In this document: positions 31,412 to 39,069 of the stretch, one piece after another
Layout of the letters: each line of letters begins with the position of its first letter
Numbering within the stretch: the stretch's first letter is position 1
Position numbers and translations under genes: made by a program
The notes under the pieces: model-generated
The model's database searches: none
The model's input: the letters and a program-made list of their open reading frames with translations, nothing else
What the model was told of the DNA's origin: nothing
From: Roseibacillus sp.
GTDB taxonomy: Bacteria > Verrucomicrobiota > Verrucomicrobiia > Verrucomicrobiales > Akkermansiaceae
DNA length: 64,000 nucleotides
Assembly: GCA_965242925.1 (NCBI GenBank)
Contig: CBDEUM010000030.1
Location: 128,001 to 192,000 of the forward strand
Reading direction: 5' to 3'

Positions 31412-32590
31412 CTACCAGTCGCGCAACAGTCTCCAGCAATACCACTGCATCCGGGGGAGGTGAAACGGCCCCTTGAAATGATTGCCTTTGGCCGGGTTGG
31501 AAATCCTTCCGTCGCGGTGCACATAACCGAACCACTCCCCGTGTTCGCGATCGGCAAAGGTCCGGTGAGCATAGTCATGCACCAGACGATGCCACTCAGC
31601 ATAACGATCTTCTCCCGTCATCTGGTAAGCCAGCAGGGTGGCAGTGATGGCCTCGCAGTGCGGCCACCAGAACTTCATGTCGTGCCAGTATTCCTGGACC
31701 GGCTTGCCATGCACATCAACGAAGTAGAACAACCCGCCGTGTTCCTCGTCCCATCCCCGCTTCCACATGTAGTCAAGCATCCGGCACCCGAGCGCTGTGA
31801 GCTCCGCGTCTCCTCCCCGCCGCTTTGCCTCGTGCAGGATGAACCAGGCCGCCTCGATCGCGTGCCCGGGATTGAGGGTCCGCCCGTCCACATGATCGCT
31901 CAATGAACCATCCGGCCCGACCTGCTCGAAAACGCACTCGAGATCATCATTCACGAAGAGACGGATCTCCCCGATGAACTCGTCGATCACTTTCTCGGCC
32001 AACTCATCACCCACGGTCTCCGCCAATTGCTGGGCAACATGCAGGAAAATCATGGGAACCCCGAGCGAGCGGGTCGAGCGCTCCTCCGTCCACTTTGCTT
32101 CCCCGGTCGGCAGGCGCCCCTCGATATACTCCAGGCACAGGCGGAACAGTTGCCGGGCCTGCTCCGTCGAGTCCCCGCAACCCGCGGCCGCCCCGTAGGA
32201 AGCCAGGGCCATGACCGCGAAGGCCTCGGAAAAAAAATAACGCCTTTTGCGAAGCGGCTTTCCCTCCCGCGTGACCAGGAAAAACATGCGGTCATCCTCG
32301 TCAAAACAATGATCGCGCAGGAAATCGACTCCGCTCCGGGCCCCCTCCAACCACTCCGACCGGGGCTCCACCGTCCGATGCAGCGTCGACAGCAGCCAGG
32401 AGAAGCGACCCTGGAACCAGACCGGCTTGTCATCATCGAGCAGGGCCCCGTCCCGTTCCCGCATGGTCAGGTAGCCCCCGTGCGTGGTGTCCAGCGCCCG
32501 GGGCAACCAGAACGGCAGGGTGTCCTCCAGCAGGCTCGTTCGATAGAACGCCCCAAGCTCGCTGAGTTCCTCCTCTTGATATCCCCTCAT
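31412..32590 (-). CDS. N-acylglucosamine 2-epimerase (AGE family)
   Basis: KPVWFQGR, NPGHAIEAAWF, KFWWPHCE, KGPFHLPR motifs. Confidence 0.93.
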   Translation of the reverse strand: MRGYQEEELSELGAFYRTSLLEDTLPFWLPRALDTTHGGYLTMRERDGALLDDDKPVWFQGRFSWLLSTLHRTVEPRSEWLEGARSGVDFLRDHCFDEDDRMFFLVTREGKPLRKRRYFFSEAFAVMALASYGAAAGCGDSTEQARQLFRLCLEYIEGRLPTGEAKWTEERSTRSLGVPMIFLHVAQQLAETVGDELAEKVIDEFIGEIRLFVNDDLECVFEQVGPDGSLSDHVDGRTLNPGHAIEAAWFILHEAKRRGGDAELTALGCRMLDYMWKRGWDEEHGGLFYFVDVHGKPVQEYWHDMKFWWPHCEAITATLLAYQMTGEDRYAEWHRLVHDYAHRTFADREHGEWFGYVHRDGRISNPAKGNHFKGPFHLPRMQWYCWRLLRDW

Positions 32591-32639
32591 CACTTCTTGG
32601 GATCCTGAGTGGCCGGGACGCAGGAATACCCCTTCCCCC

Positions 32640-35387
32640 CTATCCTTCGGTTCTCCCCCCGTGAACGGAAAGTTCCTCACCCTGCCCCGTTCCCCCTCCC
32701 GTCGCCAGACTCACGAGATAACCCACCACCAGGCAGGAAGCGAAACCGATGAAGGCATTCAGGATTCCTGCAACCTGAATCTTCTCCCCTACCAGGCCCA
32801 GTTTGTCTGCGAATTTGATGAAGGCAACGATGCTGATTCCGACCACCGCCCCGGCCATCGCTCCCATTCCATTCCCGCGCTTCGTAAAGATCCCCAACGC
32901 GAATATTCCGCCCAACGACCCAGTCGCCAATCCGATGATTCCCATGAAGGTATCAAAGGCGTTCTGGATGTTGGCTGCTGCCACCAGCGCCGCTCCCCCG
33001 ATTCCCAGGAGACCCACGATGATGACGACCCACTTCGCGGACTTGAGATAATCCTCGTCGCTGGCGTCCGGACGGATCAGGCGACCGTCTACATCCTTGG
33101 TCCAGGCCGTGGCGATACTGTTGAGGGAGCTCGAGATCGATGACTGGGAGGCCGCAAAGACCGCCGCAATGATGAGGCCCGCCACCCCCACCGGGAGCTG
33201 CTGCATGATGAAGAAGGGGAGAATCCCGTCGTTCCGCTCCATCGCCGGATCCAGCAGGGCTGGTTGGGTCTTGTAGAAAGCGTAGAGGGCGGTCCCCAGC
33301 AGGAAGAATACAATCGAAAAGCAGACCGACATCCACATCGTGGTCCAGAGCGACTTCCGCGCCCCTCCGATATCCTTCGTGGTGACATAGCGCTGCACCA
33401 CATCCTGGCCCGAGGTGTACTGGATCAACGAGTTGAACCCGAAGGCGAGGAAGATCACCAGGCCAGCCTTGGTCCCATCCTTGATGTCCCACTCCAGGGT
33501 CAGGTTCTGCAGCAACTTGGAATCACTGTTCGCAATCGAGAACAATTCCCCTAATCCCCCCTCGAGCCGGGTCACCACCAGGATGAAACAGAGGATCGCC
33601 CCACCCAGCAGGACCACCGCCTGGATGGCATCGGTCCACACCACCGCCTCGATCCCTCCCATCACGGTGTAGACCACGCACAGCAACCCGATGATGATAA
33701 TGGCGGCGTAGATATCGATATTGGAAACCGCGGACAGGGCCACTGCCGGCAGGTAGAGCACAATCGCAATCCGTCCGATATGCGCGAAGATGAACGAAAA
33801 GCTACCGAAGAGGCGCACGCCCAGGTTAAAACGCCTCTCGAGATAAAGGTAGGCACTGGTGAGATCGAGCTTCCGGAAGAAGGGCAGGTAGAAGCAGACC
33901 ACCACCGGGATGAGGATCAGCATCGCCAGTTGACCGATGTACCAGGTGATATCCGTTCCGTAGGCCCGCGCCGGGATGCTCATGAAGGTGATCGAACTGA
34001 GGACCGTCGCGAAGATCGAGAGGCCGGCCACCAGGAAGGGAATCTTCTGCCCTCCGCGGAAGTAGGCCTCCGTGGTAGCGGCCGCCTTGCGTCTCATGAA
34101 CCAGTAACCGATCCCCACCATCCCCGCGAGATAGACCCCCACCACGATCCAGTTCACCAACCCCAGCCTGGAATCAAGCTTCTGGACCTGAGCCATGATT
34201 ACCTGAGGAGAACGGATACCCGGCTTGATCTCGCCGGTGGGAACGATGAACTTCCCCTTCCACTCCACCACCGGGGTAGTCACCGGAACTGAGATCGGAA
34301 GATCACCCGCCGATTCCGGCAGGTTGCCGGTAGCAGCCCAACTGTCCGTAATCGCATCGTAAGCCCAGAGCGTACGTTCAAACCCGGGATGCTCTTCCCC
34401 GGCCCCATTCAGTTCCGGGCGGTCCTCAAACTGTTGCCGCCAGTAGTCCGCCGAGACCCCACCCAGCATGAGGAGATGCGAAACCCCCACCGGCAGGGCG
34501 GCCGAAGGTGCCGCACTCATCCCCTGCGGTAGATCTACCAGACGCTTCCAAACCGGCTTTTCCCCCTTCATGTTGAGCACGTAACAGTCAGGCAGGATAT
34601 CGAGCTTCTCCTGGTGCACCCTCCCGGGTGCGGGATCTGCCGAGTCGGCATAGTCACGTCCCCCGAACATGTAGAACTGGTCTGACCGCACCCCGGCAAC
34701 CGCATAAGCGCGCCCCCGGGCCATCTCGTCCTTCCCGGTCTCCGGCCAGGGGAGAGGCTCCCACTTCCACTCTCCCTCCTCCTTGCTCGTGTCGAGCATG
34801 TAGGCCTCCTGCGCCGTCCTGAATCCGCCTCCCCCCTTGTTGGTCGCTCCCCCCACCACGATCACCGTCTCTCCCACCACTCCGGCCACACCCTCCACGA
34901 TGGGCAGGGGATACTTGAGCCGTGGGCTGAAGGTCAGTTTTCCCGTCCCATCAACGGTCACCTCCCACACCGCATCGGTGGCGGCCTTCTCCTTGCCCCC
35001 GATGAAAAGAGTCGATCCCCGACTGGGAAGAGTGACCGACATCCCGTAGGCCACCCGCTGTCCAAGCGGACCCTCCAACTTCTCCCACACGGCATCCCCG
35101 GACCCCAGCTCCAGCTTGAAGGCGAGGTCATAGTAGACCTTCACCGGATTCTTTTCCTTCTCCCACGGCCGACCTTTCGGAAAGTTGGCCCCCCCGGCCA
35201 CCACCAGGTAGTCCTTCTTTGTCTCCTTGCTGGTCACGATCCCGGCAAAGGTCCCCGCGAATCCTTCCTCGTCGGGAAGGGCGGGCAGGTGATTCCAGGA
35301 CAACGGGCCCTTGGCGGTCTCTTCAGAGAGGAGGGAGGGACCGCACAGAGCAACGGACAAGGCGAGGACAGGAATGAATGACTTCAT
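32640..35387 (-). CDS. Fusion of a Kelch-type sialic-acid mutarotase-like domain and a sodium:solute symporter (SiaT-like)
   Basis: Signal peptide, AGGANFP and GEIKPGIR Kelch motifs, then SSS motifs (YFRGGQ, LSSITFMSIP, GGIEAVVWTD, QDVVQRY, AASQSS). Confidence 0.9.
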   Translation of the reverse strand: MKSFIPVLALSVALCGPSLLSEETAKGPLSWNHLPALPDEEGFAGTFAGIVTSKETKKDYLVVAGGANFPKGRPWEKEKNPVKVYYDLAFKLELGSGDAVWEKLEGPLGQRVAYGMSVTLPSRGSTLFIGGKEKAATDAVWEVTVDGTGKLTFSPRLKYPLPIVEGVAGVVGETVIVVGGATNKGGGGFRTAQEAYMLDTSKEEGEWKWEPLPWPETGKDEMARGRAYAVAGVRSDQFYMFGGRDYADSADPAPGRVHQEKLDILPDCYVLNMKGEKPVWKRLVDLPQGMSAAPSAALPVGVSHLLMLGGVSADYWRQQFEDRPELNGAGEEHPGFERTLWAYDAITDSWAATGNLPESAGDLPISVPVTTPVVEWKGKFIVPTGEIKPGIRSPQVIMAQVQKLDSRLGLVNWIVVGVYLAGMVGIGYWFMRRKAAATTEAYFRGGQKIPFLVAGLSIFATVLSSITFMSIPARAYGTDITWYIGQLAMLILIPVVVCFYLPFFRKLDLTSAYLYLERRFNLGVRLFGSFSFIFAHIGRIAIVLYLPAVALSAVSNIDIYAAIIIIGLLCVVYTVMGGIEAVVWTDAIQAVVLLGGAILCFILVVTRLEGGLGELFSIANSDSKLLQNLTLEWDIKDGTKAGLVIFLAFGFNSLIQYTSGQDVVQRYVTTKDIGGARKSLWTTMWMSVCFSIVFFLLGTALYAFYKTQPALLDPAMERNDGILPFFIMQQLPVGVAGLIIAAVFAASQSSISSSLNSIATAWTKDVDGRLIRPDASDEDYLKSAKWVVIIVGLLGIGGAALVAAANIQNAFDTFMGIIGLATGSLGGIFALGIFTKRGNGMGAMAGAVVGISIVAFIKFADKLGLVGEKIQVAGILNAFIGFASCLVVGYLVSLATGGGTGQGEELSVHGGRTEG

Positions 35388-36316
35388 GAGACTTCAGTAT
35401 CTTGCAGGTTGACCCACTCAAACCAGCCCATTGCCTCGAGCTGGCGGCGGAGTTCGGAAAGCTGCTCGCTGGTGGCAGGCTCGATGGGGCGACGAGCGGG
35501 ACCGCAATCGATTCCCACCATCGACATCATCGCCTTCAGGCTGGCGCGCCCGCAGGTGCCCAGCATGGCCTCCAGCATTTCGAGGGCCCGGGCCTGCCAG
35601 ATCCTCGCCCCGGCAAGGTCCCCTGTCTCGAAGGCCTTCCGCACCTGGTGATAAAGCGGAGCAGCATAATTATAGGTGCTCCCCACCGCTCCCTCATAGC
35701 CCTGCGCCAGGGACTGAATATAAGCCTCATCCGTTCCGCTCAGGAACTCAAGGCCCGGCCCCGCCTTCTGGAGAGCAGACAGGTTATAGGAGGTCCCCGC
35801 ATCGGTGTACTTGATTCCACAGAAGGTCGGGATCGCCTCCACTGCCAGCTCCGTGAAGCGCATTGGATTCATGGAGGCCCCGGAGAGAGCCGGGATGTGA
35901 TAATAATAAAACGGGGTGGCCGGGGCCCCTTCCGCGATGGCAGCCATGAACTCCACCAGTCCACGCTCCCCCTCGGCCTGGAAGTAACCGGTCGGAGTCG
36001 CCGAGATGGCATCGGCTCCGCTGGCTTGCGCGTGGGCCGCCAGCGCAGCCGCCGCCTTCATGCTGTTGTGCCCCACCTGCACCACCGCCTGCATCCGTCC
36101 CTGGCAGTACTGGAGATAGGCTTCCGCCACCGCCATCCGTTCCTCATCGGTCAGGGACATCCCTTCCCCCGTGCTCCCCGCAATATAGACCCCGGCGATT
36201 CGGTTGCGTTCCAGGTGGTCCACGATCTCGGGCACCAACCCCAGGTTGAGCTCCCCGTCATCGGTCATCGGGGTCACCACCGCGGCCACCAGGCCCTGCA
36301 TTCCAAGAGGCTTCAT
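35384..36316 (-). CDS. nanA: N-acetylneuraminate lyase (DHDPS family)
   Basis: GSTGEG, YYYHIPALSG, GIKYT, GAVGSTYN; sialic-acid cluster context. Confidence 0.85.
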   Translation of the reverse strand: MKPLGMQGLVAAVVTPMTDDGELNLGLVPEIVDHLERNRIAGVYIAGSTGEGMSLTDEERMAVAEAYLQYCQGRMQAVVQVGHNSMKAAAALAAHAQASGADAISATPTGYFQAEGERGLVEFMAAIAEGAPATPFYYYHIPALSGASMNPMRFTELAVEAIPTFCGIKYTDAGTSYNLSALQKAGPGLEFLSGTDEAYIQSLAQGYEGAVGSTYNYAAPLYHQVRKAFETGDLAGARIWQARALEMLEAMLGTCGRASLKAMMSMVGIDCGPARRPIEPATSEQLSELRRQLEAMGWFEWVNLQDTEVS

Positions 36317-36465
36317 TCCAGGTTCGTCACTTGCGGAAAGAGCGAGCTTGGCGGGGTGAGGAAACATTTCAAGTCATTCGACCGCCCCCTTCATCCGGGA
36401 GGACCGCACAAGGATGATCCTTCTTTCTCGGCAGGCAGCCCCTTGTCCCTACAGTGACTCCCGCC

Positions 36466-37374
36466 ATGAAACGACGCACCTTCTGCCAGCTCGCGGGGGC
36501 CACCGCCCTCACCGGGCCCGTTTACGCCGGGAAGGCAAAGCAATCGTTCAAGCTCAACTATCTCGTCTCCTCCGCCATGTACGGGACCACCGCCCTCGAC
36601 AAGGTCCTGCCCGAGATCCGGAAGGCCGGGACCAACTTCATTGACATCTGGCCCCGGCCGCACGCCAACCATCGCGAACAGGTCGCCATGATGGGTCTCG
36701 AGGCCTTCGAGGAACTCCTCGCCAGACATGAGGTCAACCTGGGGGTCCTCACCCAGTATAAACTCGGACCCTTCGGGCTCGCACCCGAACTGCCGGTGGC
36801 CCGGCGCTTCGGTTGCCGGATCATTGTGTGCGGGGCAAGCGGCAACCGCAGGGCCACCGGCCCGGCCCTCAAGGCCGAGGTGAAGAAATTCACCGAGGAG
36901 ATGAAACCCCATGCCGATGCCGCCGCCGAGCACGGCGTCACCATCGCGGTGGAAAACCACAGCGGACAGATCCTCGCCACTCCCGATGGCATCAGGTGGT
37001 TTGCCGAACTGGCCACCCACCCTCATCTCGCTCTCGCTTTCGCCCCCCACCATCTTGCCCAGGATGGCGAACTGCAGGGCGACCTCCTTGCCGGTCTCGG
37101 CAGCAAGGTGGCCTTCTTCTACGGACAGCAGCATGGAGCAGGATCAAGCCGGAAGCAACCGCGCGAAAAGGAACTGCTGCAGATGCCCGGTCGCGGCCCT
37201 CTCGACTTCACCCCTCTCCTGCGTGGACTGAAGAAGATCAACTTCACCGGCTTCACCGAGCCCTTCATGCACCCCTTTCCCCGCGGCATTCCCATCCACG
37301 ACTCCACCGCCGGGGTAACGACCGAGATCAACCGCTCCCGGGTTTACCTTGAGAAGTGCCTGCACAACCTTTGA
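36466..37374 (+). CDS. Tat-exported sugar-phosphate isomerase/epimerase (xylose isomerase-like TIM barrel)
   Basis: MKRRTFC twin-arginine signal; AVENH and PGRGPLDF motifs. Confidence 0.85.
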   Translation: MKRRTFCQLAGATALTGPVYAGKAKQSFKLNYLVSSAMYGTTALDKVLPEIRKAGTNFIDIWPRPHANHREQVAMMGLEAFEELLARHEVNLGVLTQYKLGPFGLAPELPVARRFGCRIIVCGASGNRRATGPALKAEVKKFTEEMKPHADAAAEHGVTIAVENHSGQILATPDGIRWFAELATHPHLALAFAPHHLAQDGELQGDLLAGLGSKVAFFYGQQHGAGSSRKQPREKELLQMPGRGPLDFTPLLRGLKKINFTGFTEPFMHPFPRGIPIHDSTAGVTTEINRSRVYLEKCLHNL

Positions 37375-37448
37375 TCCCGGCAACATGATCGCATCCCGCG
37401 CTTTACACCCGTTGGTGAAGTGATCCACTAGTCTCCACCCACTCCACC

Positions 37449-38021
37449 ATGTCCCAGGTCCTCCTCATCGTCGGTGACGCCACCGAAACCGTCGACACCC
37501 TCTACCCCTACTACCGCCTCATCGAGGGCGGCTTCCAACCGGTGGTGGCCGCCCCGGAAAAACGCCGCTACCAGATGGTCCTGCACGAGGTCCAGCCGGG
37601 CTGGACCATCACCCGCGAATGGGAAGGCTACTCCATCGAGGCCGACGTGGCCTTCAGCGAAATCGACCCCGCTGACTACCTCGGCATCTTCTTCAGTGGA
37701 GGCCGGGCCCCGGAATACATCCGCTACGACGAGGACCTCGTCCGCATCACCCGGCACTTCTTCGAGGAAAATAAACCGGTCGCCTCCGTCTGCCACGGGG
37801 TTGAGATCCCCGCCTTTGCCGACTGCGTCCGGGACCGCCGGATGGCCACCGTTCCCAAGTGCCGGTTCGACCTCGAGGTCTGCGGGGGCGTTTTCGTCGA
37901 TGAGCCCTGCGTGGTGGACGGAAACCTCATCAGCGGCCGCACCTACCACGACAGCGGACACTTCGTCGGGAAGTGGATCGCTCTTCTCGAGGAAGCCCGG
38001 GCCTCCGCGGCCACCGGCTGA
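37449..38021 (+). CDS. DJ-1/PfpI family protein
   Basis: GGRAPEY, SVCHG, VVDGNLISG motifs. Confidence 0.92.
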   Translation: MSQVLLIVGDATETVDTLYPYYRLIEGGFQPVVAAPEKRRYQMVLHEVQPGWTITREWEGYSIEADVAFSEIDPADYLGIFFSGGRAPEYIRYDEDLVRITRHFFEENKPVASVCHGVEIPAFADCVRDRRMATVPKCRFDLEVCGGVFVDEPCVVDGNLISGRTYHDSGHFVGKWIALLEEARASAATG

Positions 38022-38085
38022 AACCCTCCCATTCCGGACTAGAATCCCCCCTTCCCCTTCCCCTGAATCCCTCTACACTCCCGCC

Positions 38086-38784
38086 GTGAAAACCATGCGC
38101 TTATCCCTCATCCTCACCACCTTTGCCCTCTCTCTCGCCCTCCCGGCCCACGCCGACAAGGAACTGCCTGTCATCCACAAGGAAGACTTCTCCAAGGATG
38201 CCAGCGCCTGGCAGACCACTGACGACAGCAAGTGGAAACTCACCACCGTGGAGGGCAACCAGGTCTTTGAACTCCTCGGCGTCTCCAAGTATCGTCCCCC
38301 CTTCCGCAGTCCCCACAGCATTGCGCTCCTGAAGGACAGGATCGTGGGTTCCTTCGTCCTCACCGCCCGGATCCAGACCACCCAGACCTCCCGGGGGCAC
38401 CGTGACCTCTGCTTCTTCTTCAACTACCAGGATCCCTCCCACTTCTACTACCTCCACCTCGGAGAAAAGCCCGACCCCAACTCGAGCCAGATCTTCATCG
38501 TCAACCATGCCGCCCGCAAGAACCTCATCCTCACCAAGGAAGGCATCCCCTGGAAGAACGGCCAATTCCACGACCTCAAGATCGTGCGCGACGTCGAGAG
38601 TGGAAAAATCGACGTCTACTTCGACGACATGGAGAAGCCCGTGAAGTCGGCGGTGGACAAGACCTTCACCTGGGGACAGGTCGGCATCGGCTCCTTCGAC
38701 GACAGGGGCTACTTCGACGACATCGTCCTGCGCGGGGTCAAGATCAAGAAGGGGAAGGCCGAGGGCCTGCATCCCAAGAAATGA
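38086..38784 (+). CDS. Secreted beta-jelly-roll protein (DUF1080/LamG-like)
   Basis: Signal peptide; GQVGIGSFDD...FDDI C-terminal motif; start GTG 38086 or ATG 38095. Confidence 0.65.
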   Translation: MKTMRLSLILTTFALSLALPAHADKELPVIHKEDFSKDASAWQTTDDSKWKLTTVEGNQVFELLGVSKYRPPFRSPHSIALLKDRIVGSFVLTARIQTTQTSRGHRDLCFFFNYQDPSHFYYLHLGEKPDPNSSQIFIVNHAARKNLILTKEGIPWKNGQFHDLKIVRDVESGKIDVYFDDMEKPVKSAVDKTFTWGQVGIGSFDDRGYFDDIVLRGVKIKKGKAEGLHPKK

Positions 38785-38831
38785 TCCACGCTTGCCACCC
38801 CCGCACCCCTGCGCTAAGTCTCCGCCCAGAT

Positions 38832-38906
38832 GCTCGGTTAACTCAGTGGTAGAGTGCATCCTTCACACGGATGAAGTCACTGGTTCAAATCCAGTACCGA
38901 GCACCA
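38832..38906 (+). tRNA. tRNA-Val (anticodon CAC)
   Basis: Acceptor stem GCTCGGT/ACCGAGC plus A-CCA; anticodon arm CATCC-TTCACAC-GGATG; GGTTCAAATCC T-arm. Confidence 0.97.
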
Positions 38907-39069
38907 TCTCTCCCCTGACGGACTGGACGCCCCCTGTCAGTTGAGCGTCCCGGGAGATATCGCCTCGCACCCTGCGGAAAACCACCAGCGGCCTAAATCC
39001 GTACTCTGTAAATTCGATTTCCCTTAGAAGGATTGTCTATATACCGTGGGGGTAGCGCTGCACATTACC

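Noticed and set aside
37474..38085. 436-aa ORF 37474-38784 as a single protein
   Set aside because: The 5' part is an off-frame overlap of the DJ-1 gene; the real gene starts at 38086/38095 with a signal peptide.
37372..38784. Other TGA stops as readthrough candidates (37372, 38019, 38782; also 59908 and 16654)
   Set aside because: No in-frame downstream domain continuation seen; the proteins appear complete.
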